This document shows, piece after piece, positions 46,081 through 56,141 of a stretch of 64,000 nt of DNA (positions within the stretch are counted from its first letter, which is position 1; every line of letters begins with the position of its first letter). The DNA comes from Dehalococcoidia bacterium (GTDB lineage Bacteria > Chloroflexota > Dehalococcoidia > Tepidiformales > Tepidiformaceae): assembly GCA_020432045.1 (NCBI GenBank), contig JAGQHB010000024.1, forward strand, positions 78,405-142,404, in the 5' to 3' direction. Position numbers and translations under genes: made by a program. The notes under the pieces are model-generated. The model saw only the letters and a list, made by a program, of their open reading frames with translations. It did not search any database and was not told the DNA's origin.

Positions 46081-46899
46081 ATGTCTGCAGTCCGCGACGA
46101 ATATGTGCTGCTCAACGGCATCCGCTTTCACTACCGCGATTGGGTCAACGATGGCGCCACGCCTCTTGTCCTGCTCCATGGCTACACCGGCCACAGCCGC
46201 TCATGGGACACGCTCGCAAAGGCAATGGCCCCCAGGTACCGCGTCCTCGCCCTCGACCAGCGTGGCCACGGCGAATCTGGTTGGGCTCCCGACTACACGC
46301 CCGAGGCGATGGTCTCCGACGTCACCGCATTCGTGGAGGCACTCCGTCTCGACCACTTCGCGCTCCTCGGCCTCTCCATGGGAGGACGCAACGCTTACCA
46401 CTTCGCAGGCGGCCGCCCCGCAGGCCTCGAACGGCTCGTCATCGTCGACATTGGCCCGGACATTGTCGCCGCCGGGTCACAGCGTATCCGCTCTGGCGTC
46501 ACGGTCAGCGACACTTTCGAATCACCGGAACACGCCATCAACGCTGCCCGCCAGGCCAATCCCAATGCTGACGAAACGGAGCTTCGCGACCGGACCCGAC
46601 AGAACCTCATGCTCCGCCACGACGGGACGTGGACCTTTCGCTACGACTCCTCGCTTCGGAACGCGGCTACGCCGCTCCCACGCCCGGCATCCGAGGCCGG
46701 CTGGGCCGCTATCAAGCACATCAACGTCCCCACCCTCCTTGTGAGGGGCGCCCTCAGCGACGTCCTCTCGATCGAGACCGCAGACCGCATAGTCGAAACC
46801 ATCCCGGACTGCCGCTTCGTCGAAGTCCCGGACGCCGGTCATTCCGTGCCGCTCGACAATCCCGGCGGATTCGTGGAGGCCGTGAAGGCCTTCCTCTGA
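46081..46899 (+). CDS. Alpha/beta hydrolase
   Basis: Sequence LVLLHGYTGHSRSW...LDQRGHGES...nucleophile GLSMGG. Confidence 0.85.
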   Translation: MSAVRDEYVLLNGIRFHYRDWVNDGATPLVLLHGYTGHSRSWDTLAKAMAPRYRVLALDQRGHGESGWAPDYTPEAMVSDVTAFVEALRLDHFALLGLSMGGRNAYHFAGGRPAGLERLVIVDIGPDIVAAGSQRIRSGVTVSDTFESPEHAINAARQANPNADETELRDRTRQNLMLRHDGTWTFRYDSSLRNAATPLPRPASEAGWAAIKHINVPTLLVRGALSDVLSIETADRIVETIPDCRFVEVPDAGHSVPLDNPGGFVEAVKAFL

Positions 46900-46980
46900 C
46901 CCAACAACCCGAGGCAGTGATGCGCCCTCGTTCCCCACTCCGGAAGAGCGAGAGGCCAGGCGTGAGCGGAGCCGTTCGGC

Positions 46981-48198
46981 CTATCCCAACACGGCCTTCG
47001 TATCCTCGCCCAACAACGGCGCCCTTCGCTCGATCGCCCACCTGGATTTCCCAAATGCGTACGGCGCCCCCGGGTACGTGAACGTGTGGCCATGTTCCGG
47101 GTGCTCCACTTCCACCGGGAACCCACGCGCCTTGAAGTGCGGGTCCTCCATCACCTCTTCCGGCGAGTAGATGATGCCGACCTGGAATCCGCGCTCCTGT
47201 GCCCCCGTGAAAAACTCGAAGGCACTGAGCTTCGACGCGATGTAGTTCACGCACTCGCGTCCAGCCCCGAAAATCGCGGCTACTTCCGGGTCCGTCTGGA
47301 TCTTCGAAAGGTCGATGCGTTCCTGTCCCGCCCCAATCTCCAGGAACGGGTACTCCGGGAACTGCTCCCGCCCTCCGATTTCATCGAGCCACATCAGCAT
47401 CCGCCGGTAGTCGTCGCCACGCCGCGGCGGTAGGCCTGAGTTCACCATCCGCCCGTCGCCGCACATAATCTGCGAAGGCATTGATGGGGTCACCCCGGCG
47501 TGCCGCCCAGTTTGCCGCTGCACCGTCGACTGGTTCACAAGCCACGAATACGACGCCGCCTCCGTCGTCACGTTTTGCGAAGCATGGGCGTTCACGTCGA
47601 TGAACTGGCCCTCGCCCGAAACGTCCCGCTCCAGCAGAGCAACCAGAGCCGTCATGAACCCGTAGTGGCTGGCCGTGTGGAAGCCCTGGTTCCCACCGCC
47701 CCGCACGGGCGGCAGCGAATGGTCGTCGTAGCCGCAGCTCCAGGCTGGTCCGCCGCCCGCCATCAGCGTGAGGTCTGTGTACTCGTCCAGGTTCTTCGGC
47801 ATGTCCCGGCCGAATGCCGTGATCGACACGTAGATCAGACGTGGATTTAGGGCTTTCAGGTCGGCCCAATCGAGCCCCAATTCGGCCATCCGTCCCGGCC
47901 GCTGATCCTCGATCACGATGTCCGCGGCGGCCATCAGGCCCTTCACCGCAGCCCGTGCCCCCGCTTCGTCAAGGTCCGCGACCACGCTTCGCTTATTCGT
48001 GTTGTAGTGCCAGAACCAGAGGCTTCGCTCCGGCCCGGGTTCGTCGTCCAGGAACGGTCCATACGTCCGTGTCCGGACACCCCCCGGTGGCTCGATCTTT
48101 ACAACTTCCGCGCCAACGTCGGCAAAGAGCTTTCCCGCCCATTCGCCCATCTCGTCACAAATCTCGACAACCTTGATCCCTGTCAACGGTCCGCTCAC
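46981..48198 (-). CDS. Family III CoA-transferase, single domain, catalytic Asp position not conserved
   Basis: Sequence IKVVEICDEMGEWAGKLFADVGAEVVKIEPP. The GTG start overlaps the upstream paralog's stop (GTGA). Confidence 0.85.
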   Translation of the reverse strand: MSGPLTGIKVVEICDEMGEWAGKLFADVGAEVVKIEPPGGVRTRTYGPFLDDEPGPERSLWFWHYNTNKRSVVADLDEAGARAAVKGLMAAADIVIEDQRPGRMAELGLDWADLKALNPRLIYVSITAFGRDMPKNLDEYTDLTLMAGGGPAWSCGYDDHSLPPVRGGGNQGFHTASHYGFMTALVALLERDVSGEGQFIDVNAHASQNVTTEAASYSWLVNQSTVQRQTGRHAGVTPSMPSQIMCGDGRMVNSGLPPRRGDDYRRMLMWLDEIGGREQFPEYPFLEIGAGQERIDLSKIQTDPEVAAIFGAGRECVNYIASKLSAFEFFTGAQERGFQVGIIYSPEEVMEDPHFKARGFPVEVEHPEHGHTFTYPGAPYAFGKSRWAIERRAPLLGEDTKAVLG

Positions 48199-49445
48199 AG
48201 CACGCCCTCCGCCTTCATCTGGGCAATTTCCGCCCCGCTATAGCCGAGGATCTCCCCCAGCACGTACTCGTTGTGCTCGCCGAGCATCGGCGCTCCCCTG
48301 GTCATCTCCCAGTCCGTCCGGCTCATGTGCACGGGCAGCCCATCAACCCGTACGGCGCCCATGTGGGTATGGTGCACGGTCGGCCACAGCCCCCATGCAC
48401 TCGTGTTCGGATCGTGATCCACGCGGTCTTCTGGTAGTTGCACTGGCGCCGAAGGCACCCGATTCGCCTGGAACAGCGACGCGATCTCCTTAGCATCCTT
48501 GTCGATCGTCCAGGCCGTTACGGCTGCGTCCAGCTCATCCTCGTTCGCAATCCGTCCCGCCAACGTCGTGTAGCGGCTGTCCCTCGCAAACGCGGCCCCG
48601 GTTGCCGTCCCGAACCGCTCCCAGTCCGCATCATCCCGGCACGCAATCGAGACCCATCGGTCTTCGCCCTTTGCCTGGTAGATGCCATGCGGTGCCATCT
48701 GTGGGAACTGGCTCCGGTTCGAATCCGGCGATCCCGGCCGTCGAAGTGGCCGCCCGTTCACGGTGTAATCCAGGAGTGCCGGGCCGTTCAGTACGGCGCC
48801 GGCTTCCGTGCAGGCGAGGTCCACCCACTGCCCTTCGCCCGTCCGGTTACGGTGATAGAGCGCCAGCATGATCGCCATCGCCATGTAGTAGGCGCCGGTG
48901 TGGTCCATGTACGAATAGCCCCACCCGGCTGGCGGCTGGTCTTTCAAACCTGAGCTAAATGTCAGCCCGGAAACTGCCTGTACCACAGGTCCCCACGTCT
49001 TATACTTTTCATAAGGCCCAACATGCCCAAAGCCGCAGTTGGAGACGTAGATGATGTCTTCCCGGATCTTCTTCAGCTCCTCGTACCCGAAACCCCAGCG
49101 GTCGAGTACACCTGCAGCGAAGTTCTCCGTCACACAGTCCGAACCCGCCACCAGCTTGCGGAGCACTTCCTTCGCTTTCGGCGTCCGCAGGTTCAGTGTG
49201 ATCCCGAGCTTTTCCACGTTGTGGTTGTTGAACGACCCGCCAGCTTCGAGGCCGCCCTGCCCCTCCTTGTATGGCGGCATCCCGCGAAGTATGTCCCAGT
49301 GACCCTCGTTGACGGGGTCCTCAATGCGGATGACCTGCGCCCCGAACGCCGCAAGGAACTTCGTTGCCCCGGCGCCAGCCAGCTGCCCTGTAAAGTCACA
49401 GATACGAATATGAGATAACGCGCCCACCGGCACCCTCCTCGGCAA
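48195..49445 (-). CDS. Family III CoA-transferase, single domain
   Basis: Sequence IRICDFTGQLAGAGATKFLAAFGAQVIRIEDP. The listed start is TTG 49445. GTG 49427 behind GAGGAGG is more likely. Confidence 0.85.
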   Translation of the reverse strand: MPRRVPVGALSHIRICDFTGQLAGAGATKFLAAFGAQVIRIEDPVNEGHWDILRGMPPYKEGQGGLEAGGSFNNHNVEKLGITLNLRTPKAKEVLRKLVAGSDCVTENFAAGVLDRWGFGYEELKKIREDIIYVSNCGFGHVGPYEKYKTWGPVVQAVSGLTFSSGLKDQPPAGWGYSYMDHTGAYYMAMAIMLALYHRNRTGEGQWVDLACTEAGAVLNGPALLDYTVNGRPLRRPGSPDSNRSQFPQMAPHGIYQAKGEDRWVSIACRDDADWERFGTATGAAFARDSRYTTLAGRIANEDELDAAVTAWTIDKDAKEIASLFQANRVPSAPVQLPEDRVDHDPNTSAWGLWPTVHHTHMGAVRVDGLPVHMSRTDWEMTRGAPMLGEHNEYVLGEILGYSGAEIAQMKAEGVL

Positions 49446-49496
49446 GTGGCCGAAGCATACGCGGCGGACAGCCGCCGGTCATGCGGCGAATGAGAG

Positions 49497-50255
49497 CTAC
49501 GCCCCCTTGACCGCGCTCACGACCAGCCGGGAGGCTACAGGCACGAGCCCGCACGCGGACGCCGTCCGCTGCGACCGGATGTTCGTCGGCGCGCAGTAGT
49601 ACGTCGGGGTCGCCCCTGCGGCAAGGATCGCCGCCGCCTGCCGTGCCACTACAGCGTTCGCGAGGCCAATCCCCCGAAACGGCCGTGCTACCTCCACGCC
49701 GATCTCCAGAAGCCCCTCGCCATCGTCGTAGGTGCCGGCCAGCGCGGCCGGTTCGCCGTCCGCCCCGAATGCGACGATGGCCGACCGCCAGAACTGCTCC
49801 ACGTAGGTGTTGCCGGGCTCGCCCAGCCCGTTCTCAAACAACCTGGACTCAAGGTATTGTGCGCGCCACTCCCGGCCCACGCTTCGTGCCTCGAACCCAT
49901 CCGGGAGCACAAACTCCGGCGGCGCGGAAGCGGGGATGAACGCCAGGTTCGGCCCCCGCCAGGCCAATGCTATACCTCGCGCCTTCCCCTCTTCCACGAG
50001 CGGCTGAGCAAACGCCGCAGAATGGAACGCGCGGAAGTGTGGCTCGATTGTCTGGCTCCGCGCGAAATCGAAGAACCTGGCATCCACGCTAAGGACCGTC
50101 CCGGTCCCGAGTGTCGCAACCAGCGCGATGAATGGTTCCCGGCTCGCTGCTGGACGTTCGACTACGGTCAGCATATCGGTTTCGAACGCGGCCGGGTCGC
50201 ATCCAAGCGTCTCCGCAAGCTGTCTCACGAACCGGTCTCTGTGCTGGGCGAACAT
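49497..50255 (-). CDS. GNAT-like acetyltransferase domain protein
   Basis: C-terminal half reads LLEIGVEVARPFRGIGLANAVV (R-x-x-G-x-G/A motif). Confidence 0.55.
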   Translation of the reverse strand: MFAQHRDRFVRQLAETLGCDPAAFETDMLTVVERPAASREPFIALVATLGTGTVLSVDARFFDFARSQTIEPHFRAFHSAAFAQPLVEEGKARGIALAWRGPNLAFIPASAPPEFVLPDGFEARSVGREWRAQYLESRLFENGLGEPGNTYVEQFWRSAIVAFGADGEPAALAGTYDDGEGLLEIGVEVARPFRGIGLANAVVARQAAAILAAGATPTYYCAPTNIRSQRTASACGLVPVASRLVVSAVKGA

Positions 50256-50281
50256 CGTGATACTCCGAATCTGGGGCGCCG

Positions 50282-51292
50282 TTACTTGCCGCCGCCCGGC
50301 CCGGCAGTTGGTTCAGTGGACACCGGCCCACGGGTCTTCCAGCTCCATGTTACGGATTCTCGCCCCAGCAACAGGAAAACTGCCCCAAGGATGCTCACGG
50401 GGATCACGTTCACCAGGTGGGCTGCAATCGCGAAGCTCAACGCTCGCGATCCACTCACGTCGAACGGTACCAACGCGAGTGTTGCCGCCGCATGAAACAC
50501 GCCGATGTAGCCCGGGGACGATGGCACCAGCATCGCCATGTTCGTCACGCACGTCACCAGCACGGCCACGGTCACGGGCACTTCGATATCGAGTGACTGG
50601 AAGATCATGAAGTTAATTGCGAATGCCGTCAGCCACGCCGACAACGATGCACCCCAGATCGGCAATACGCGCCGCCGTGAGGCCAGTTGCGATAGCCCCT
50701 CCTGGAATGACAGGGCCTCAACCCGCACGCGCGCCGCACCGGGGAAGCCGTCCGGCATCTGGACGCGCGCCGCGATTCGCTGGATATGCCGCCGGAGCAA
50801 CGCGAACGCAATCACCGCACCGGCCAGTCCCGCCAGGACCCACCACGCGAGGTGGAGCCAGTCGATATATGCCCGTGGTACCGGCAGGAACGGGCTTACC
50901 AGCACAAAGCAGACCAGCAGCGTCACCGTGTCCGTCAGACGTTCGGTCAGCATCGACGAGATCACGAGCCCCACGCGCATCCCTGGCGCAGCGGCCGTCA
51001 TCGCGATACGCGCCACGTCCCCCAGCCTCGCCGGCAGGACGTTGTTCAACAAGAAGCTGATATGCAGAATCCGGAACAGCCTCGGCGTCGTAACGTTTGC
51101 ATCGGCGGGCAATAAGAGCCGCCAGCGGACCGTCTTGGCGATCAGCGACAAGAACAGGCAAACGACCGCTGCCCCAATGAAAAATGGGTCAGCTCGCTCC
51201 AGCACACTGATCGAGCTTCGCCAGTCGACGAGGTTGATCAGCAGTCCAAGGCTCACTGCCGTCACCAGGAGGCCAACCAGCAACCGGCGCAT
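50282..51292 (-). CDS. UPF0104 / lysylphosphatidylglycerol-synthase-TM-like (flippase-like) membrane protein
   Basis: Sequence MRRLLVGLLVTAVSLGLLINLV...AKTVRWRLLL, polytopic. Trimmed to ATG 51292. Confidence 0.7.
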   Translation of the reverse strand: MRRLLVGLLVTAVSLGLLINLVDWRSSISVLERADPFFIGAAVVCLFLSLIAKTVRWRLLLPADANVTTPRLFRILHISFLLNNVLPARLGDVARIAMTAAAPGMRVGLVISSMLTERLTDTVTLLVCFVLVSPFLPVPRAYIDWLHLAWWVLAGLAGAVIAFALLRRHIQRIAARVQMPDGFPGAARVRVEALSFQEGLSQLASRRRVLPIWGASLSAWLTAFAINFMIFQSLDIEVPVTVAVLVTCVTNMAMLVPSSPGYIGVFHAAATLALVPFDVSGSRALSFAIAAHLVNVIPVSILGAVFLLLGRESVTWSWKTRGPVSTEPTAGPGGGK

Positions 51293-51390
51293 TTCGAGCG
51301 TCTGCCCCCTTCTAGCCGGGTGGCCAATCCGCCAAGGATGCCACACGGTCGCACTTTCGTCAGGGACCGTGGCACGGTACGTTGGCTGTC

Positions 51391-52353
51391 ATGCGCGCAC
51401 CCGTTGTGCAGGATTGCATCGCTGTGCACCGCACGGAGCGGCTCGCGCCATGGCTCGAACGTGCAAGCATGAGCCCCGCGTGGCTGGTGCTCCAGGTCGG
51501 ACTCCTCGGCCTCATGACCCTCTCAACCGTCACCAAGACCTGGCACGATCACCTCTGGCTGGGCTTTGTACTCGTCGGCGTCACCGGTGCCGCCTGGTCT
51601 GTCGAATTCGTCAAACGCCGTGACCGCCTGTGGTGGTTTGCATACGTTGCCGGCATCTTCTTCTATGACCTGCTGCGGGCGTTCGCGGATGAGACCGCCA
51701 TCCCCATTCGCTCCGGGTATGTCATCTCCGTTGACCGGGCACTCTTCTTTGGCGTGCACCCCGTCGAGTCGCTCCAAAAGGCGTTCTTCTCAACAACGTC
51801 CATCGGGTTCGCGGACTACTTCGCCGTCGGCGTGCATTGGTCCTTCTTTATCGCTCCCCACGCCATGGCGATTCTCATTTTCGTCTACCGGCGGCCGCTC
51901 TTTAAGCCCTACGTCGCGACCGTCGTCGGGACGATGTACCTCGGCCTCCTGCTATTCTTCCTGCTGCCAACGGCGCCACCCTGGCTCGCAGCCAGCGAGG
52001 GTCAGCTCCACGGCGTGTACCGCGTCATGGACTTCGTTGGCGGCAAGGTCAACGCCAGCACGTATCAGAGCTTCTACGCCGCGCTTGGTGAGCCAAACTC
52101 CGTTGCCGCCATGCCCTCCATCCATATGGGCGTCACTTTCGCGATGTACCTCTGGAGTCGCGTCTACGCCCCTGCCTGGCGTTGGCCATTGCTCGTTTAC
52201 ACCCTCGTAATGGGTCTTGCCCTTGTCTATCTCGCCGAGCATTACGTGCTCGACCTTGTTGTGGGAATGGTCTGTGCTTGCATCGCCTGGTGGTTCAGCC
52301 GTCCTCTCGCCCCTGGCTCTCCGGCCCTATCGCATTCTCCCGCCCCCGAATAG
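51391..52353 (+). CDS. PAP2 superfamily membrane phosphatase/phosphotransferase (PAP2_3-like)
   Basis: Motifs AAMPSIHMG and LAEHYVLDLVVG (PSxH and HxxxD). The start is uncertain (TTG 51382, ATG 51391 or ATG 51469). Confidence 0.7.
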   Translation: MRAPVVQDCIAVHRTERLAPWLERASMSPAWLVLQVGLLGLMTLSTVTKTWHDHLWLGFVLVGVTGAAWSVEFVKRRDRLWWFAYVAGIFFYDLLRAFADETAIPIRSGYVISVDRALFFGVHPVESLQKAFFSTTSIGFADYFAVGVHWSFFIAPHAMAILIFVYRRPLFKPYVATVVGTMYLGLLLFFLLPTAPPWLAASEGQLHGVYRVMDFVGGKVNASTYQSFYAALGEPNSVAAMPSIHMGVTFAMYLWSRVYAPAWRWPLLVYTLVMGLALVYLAEHYVLDLVVGMVCACIAWWFSRPLAPGSPALSHSPAPE

Positions 52354-52362
52354 CATGGGCGT

Positions 52363-52632
52363 ATGCCCGCCCGACAAACGCGCCGCCCGCGCCGCCGTAC
52401 CATCCCTGCTTCCTCGCTACCCCGCCCCGACGCCGCAACCGGTGCTCCGGCCGCCACTGAGGATCCCGAGGAGACCGTTCCTGCGAACGAACCGCGTGCA
52501 CGACGTCACCATGCTTCCCCCACGCATCACGTTGCGCAGGACTATGCGTATGTCCATACGGACCTTATCGGCGTCGCGGTCGTTGGTGCGATCGCGGTCG
52601 CCTTTGTCGTCGCCGCGTCCTTCCTCTTCTGA
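52363..52632 (+). CDS. Small protein with Arg-rich N-terminus and C-terminal TM helix (89 aa)
   Basis: Sequence MPARQTRRPRRR...LIGVAVVGAIAVAFVVAASFLF. It starts 10 nt after the PAP2 stop. It could be a GC-driven artefact. Confidence 0.3.
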   Translation: MPARQTRRPRRRTIPASSLPRPDAATGAPAATEDPEETVPANEPRARRHHASPTHHVAQDYAYVHTDLIGVAVVGAIAVAFVVAASFLF

Positions 52633-52645
52633 GCAGCGATGGCGG

Positions 52646-53149
52646 CTATTTCAGGTTCTGGTAGCTGAAGTAGATCCCCACACCAACGGCCACGAGGCCG
52701 TACCACGCCAGGCGTAACGCGTCCTGCGACCAGACGATCGAGGCCATAACCGCCCAGGACACGAAGATCCCGCCCACGGCGAGGCCGATCATCACCGGCC
52801 CGCGCTTCCGGCCCGAGGCCCACTCCAGTCCGCGGGTGAACGCGTAACCAAGGCCCGCCCCCAGGAATATCGAGAAGAAACCGAACGTAAACGGCAACAG
52901 CACGAAGCCCCATGCAACGCCCGTCACCAGCCCGCCAATCAGAGCAACGCCCACGGATCGCGCGAGGTTTGCCCCTTTCACCGTATAGACCGGTGATTTC
53001 ATTACCCGCGCACAGTCGCGGCACTTCGCTCCAACCGGTGAGTGCACAAGGCATCGCGGACAGATAGGGCTGTCGCACTGCTGACACCGCAGCGCTGTTT
53101 CCACCCCCGGATTTCGAGGACATTCAACGACCGTAACCACGGAAGCCAT
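52646..53149 (-). CDS. B-box-type zinc-finger membrane protein
   Basis: Sequence CPRNPGVETALRCQQCDSPICPRCLVHSPVGAKCRDC followed by about 4 TM helices. Trimmed to ATG 53149, below fabZ. Confidence 0.55.
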   Translation of the reverse strand: MASVVTVVECPRNPGVETALRCQQCDSPICPRCLVHSPVGAKCRDCARVMKSPVYTVKGANLARSVGVALIGGLVTGVAWGFVLLPFTFGFFSIFLGAGLGYAFTRGLEWASGRKRGPVMIGLAVGGIFVSWAVMASIVWSQDALRLAWYGLVAVGVGIYFSYQNLK

Positions 53150-53243
53150 GCTAGTAGAACCCCGAATCACGTTCGAACCAGCAGCGCCGGCCCCGTTCCA
53201 ATATCCAGGGTGAGCGAGCCAATCCCGGTAAAGCACGCCGGGT

Positions 53244-53696
53244 TCAGGCTCCCGAAGGGTTCGCCAGCGCAAACATGATCGTCCCGTCTGCCGCCACCTT
53301 GCCGTCCACCGTGGCCTTCACGCGACCCTTCCCAACCGGCCCCCGCATCTTCTCCAACTCGAACTCCATGCGTAGCTGATCGCCGGGCACCACTGGCTTT
53401 CGGAAGCGCATCGACTCAATTCCGCCGAACAGCGGCAGCTTCCCTCCCGTGTCGCCACCCGCATCCACCAGCCCCTGCATCAACGCCACCGCGGCTACCT
53501 GCGCCATTGCCTCCACGATCAACACGCCGGGCATGATCTTCTTTCCAGGGAAGTGCCCCTGGAAGAACCACTCGTTCGCCGTCACGCTCTTGATGCCCAC
53601 GGCACTCTTTCCCGGCTCCAACTCGATGATCCGGTCTACCAGGAGGAACGGGTACCGGTGCGGGATGATGGCCTCGATCTGGTCCGTTTCTAACAT
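53244..53696 (-). CDS. fabZ: 3-hydroxyacyl-ACP dehydratase
   Basis: Sequence [14 protein letters not shown]...[27 protein letters not shown]. Confidence 0.9.
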   Translation of the reverse strand: MLETDQIEAIIPHRYPFLLVDRIIELEPGKSAVGIKSVTANEWFFQGHFPGKKIMPGVLIVEAMAQVAAVALMQGLVDAGGDTGGKLPLFGGIESMRFRKPVVPGDQLRMEFELEKMRGPVGKGRVKATVDGKVAADGTIMFALANPSGA

Positions 53697-53699
53697 CGT

Positions 53700-54557
53700 C
53701 TAGCTCACCCCGTCCCCGGTGTCGATGCCGGCCTTCCGCAGGAACCCGAGAAATTCGTGCACCGCTTCGTCCGGGAACGGAATGTCGCCGATCTCCCGGT
53801 CGCCTGGATTGCCGAGCCCGTGGTAGTCGCTGCCGCCCGAAAGCGCCAACCCCAGCCGGCGGCCCACCGCAACGTGGTCAGCAACCTGTTGCGGCGTGTA
53901 GTGCTTGTAATACGCCTCAATACCGTCGAGGCCCCATCCCGCAAACTGCCCCACAACAGCCGGGTAATCGTCGCCGATGAAGATCGCGTGTGCCACGAAC
54001 ACGACACCTCCCGCCGCATGCACTTCGCCGATCGCATCCTTCGGCGAAAGCTTCTCCCGGGGCACGTCCGCCGGCTTGCCATCGCCGAGGTAGCGGTCGA
54101 ACGCCTCCTGGACGCTCTGCACGTGGCCTGCTTCCATCAACGCCCGGGCCAGGTGCGGCCGCCCCACCGTCGCCTCCCCCGCGATCTCGAACACGCGTTC
54201 AAGCCTTACCGGCACGCCGAGCCCCTCGAGAATCCCGACTGCCGTTCGGGTCCGTCCCAGTCGCCCCTCCCGTAGCCACGAGAGATAGTCCTGCAGCCGC
54301 CTGGACTCCGTGTCGATCCCAAAACCCAGCAGGTGCACGTCCGTCTTTTCGAGGTCCGTGCTCAGCTCGATCCCCGGTATCAGGTGGAGGCCGAGACGTT
54401 CCGCCGCCGATCGCGCCTCCTCGATGCCATCCGTCGTGTCGTGATCAGTTAGCGAAAGCCAGCGGATGCCGTTTGCGTGCGATGTCTCCATCACCCATTC
54501 CGGCGTGTGCATGCCGTCCGATGCTGTGCTGTGGAGGTGGAAGTCGCCGATACTCAT
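53700..54557 (-). CDS. PHP domain phosphoesterase (TrpH/YciV-like)
   Basis: Sequence DFHLHSTASDG...SLTDHDT. Confidence 0.85.
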   Translation of the reverse strand: MSIGDFHLHSTASDGMHTPEWVMETSHANGIRWLSLTDHDTTDGIEEARSAAERLGLHLIPGIELSTDLEKTDVHLLGFGIDTESRRLQDYLSWLREGRLGRTRTAVGILEGLGVPVRLERVFEIAGEATVGRPHLARALMEAGHVQSVQEAFDRYLGDGKPADVPREKLSPKDAIGEVHAAGGVVFVAHAIFIGDDYPAVVGQFAGWGLDGIEAYYKHYTPQQVADHVAVGRRLGLALSGGSDYHGLGNPGDREIGDIPFPDEAVHEFLGFLRKAGIDTGDGVS

Positions 54558-54653
54558 CGTCTTCTCACCCTACCATTCGGTCCCGCCACGCGCCCCAGCC
54601 TCGGACCTTGGTCTGATGAACCACTCCGCCGCCCATCGCATAATGCCAGCACA

Positions 54654-56018
54654 TTGGACCCACGAGTGCAGTACGTCCGCACCCCGGACGGGATCAACAT
54701 CGCCTTCGCCGTCTACGGTGCGGGCGGCGTCCCGCTTGTCTCGATCGAGCCGCCCCACGTCAGCCATCTCAAGCACGAGTGGCAAATGCCGTGGAACACC
54801 CATTTCCGCAAGATCGAACGCCTTTCCGCGCACCGTCGCGTCATCCGCTTCGACCCCCGGGGCGCCGGCCTCTCTGACCGCCAGGTTGTCGACCATTCGC
54901 TGGCAGCCCGCGTCAGCGACCTCGCCGCCGTGGTCGATCGTCTCGAGCTCGATAGCTTCGCCATCCATGCCGTACGCAACGCTGCACTCGTTGCGCTCAG
55001 CTACGCCGCGGCAAACCCCGGCCGCGTCTCCCACCTCGTCCTCGAAGATGCATTCGCGCGCGGCCTCGATTTCTGGGACACGCCAATTAACCGTGGCCTT
55101 ATCGCCCTCGCGGAATATGTCTGGGACGTGTTCACCGAATGCAATGCGCGCGTTGCCTGGGGCTGGGACCATGCGCGTGACACACCGATGGGCCTGGCCG
55201 GTGATGCGGCGCTTCGCCATGCCGCTCATACGCGCGCTTGCATCAACCAGGGTGATTTTCTCTCCTGGGCTACCGCCGAACTCGCGGTCGACCTGGTGGG
55301 CATTCTTGAAAACGTCGATGCTCCCACCCTTGTCGCCCGCCCCGAGATGGCGCTCGTCCGCGGCCACGATGAGGACGCCTCCCGCAGGGTGGCAGCAGGC
55401 ATTCCTGGAGCCCGCTTCATTGTCCATGGCGGGATTGAGAGCCTCTGCGCTGCCATCGACGAACTGATCGCCGATGCCCCCGCCGCCGCGACCGGTCGCC
55501 TGCACGCCAATTCTGGGCTTCGTATCGTGCTGTTCACCGACCTTGAAGGTCACTCGGCGATGGTGTCCCGCCTTGGTGACGCCCGCGGTCGCGATGTCCT
55601 CCGCGAGCACGACCGCCTCACTCGTGCTGCCCTCGCCAGCCATGGGGGACAGGAAGTAAAGACCATGGGTGACGGCTTCATGGCATGTTTTGACAGTGCA
55701 CAGCGCGCTCTCGACTGTGCCGTCGCGTTGCAGCGCACACTCAGCGCTCCAGCCACGCTCCTTGCCGCTGAAGGGCTCCGCGTCAGGGTAGGCCTCAACG
55801 CCGGCGAGCCCATCGCCGAAGACGATGACCTCTTCGGCGCCTCCGTCATCGCTGCCGCTCGCATCGCCGCCACGGCGGCGCCAGGCCGGATCCTCGTCGC
55901 CAACGTCGTCCGCGAACTTGCGTCCGGAAAGGGATTTCGCTTCGACGATGCTGGCGAGCACGCGCTACGCGGCCTCTCAGAACCAATCCGCCTTTGGGAT
56001 CTCCGTTGGACCGACTGA
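54654..56018 (+). CDS. Alpha/beta-hydrolase domain fused to class III adenylate/guanylate cyclase domain
   Basis: N-half reads VRTPDGINIAFAVYG...FDPRGAGLSD. C-half reads VLFTDLEGHSAM...KTMGDGFMACF...VRVGLNAGEP. There is no ATG, so the start is TTG 54654 or GTG 54666. Confidence 0.8.
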   Translation: MDPRVQYVRTPDGINIAFAVYGAGGVPLVSIEPPHVSHLKHEWQMPWNTHFRKIERLSAHRRVIRFDPRGAGLSDRQVVDHSLAARVSDLAAVVDRLELDSFAIHAVRNAALVALSYAAANPGRVSHLVLEDAFARGLDFWDTPINRGLIALAEYVWDVFTECNARVAWGWDHARDTPMGLAGDAALRHAAHTRACINQGDFLSWATAELAVDLVGILENVDAPTLVARPEMALVRGHDEDASRRVAAGIPGARFIVHGGIESLCAAIDELIADAPAAATGRLHANSGLRIVLFTDLEGHSAMVSRLGDARGRDVLREHDRLTRAALASHGGQEVKTMGDGFMACFDSAQRALDCAVALQRTLSAPATLLAAEGLRVRVGLNAGEPIAEDDDLFGASVIAAARIAATAAPGRILVANVVRELASGKGFRFDDAGEHALRGLSEPIRLWDLRWTD

Positions 56019-56141
56019 AACGGCGACGTTCCGTCCGCTGGGCCCGGGCATGAGGTCTCGTCGGCCCTGCCCGGTGCGGGGCAACGGCCGTAGCCTCAGC
56101 AGAATCGGTTTTCCAACTCCGTATTCCTGAGGAGAACACCC

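Noticed and set aside
54570-55961. 463-aa minus-strand ORF
   Set aside because: It is antisense to the hydrolase-cyclase fusion, which has unmistakable class III cyclase motifs.
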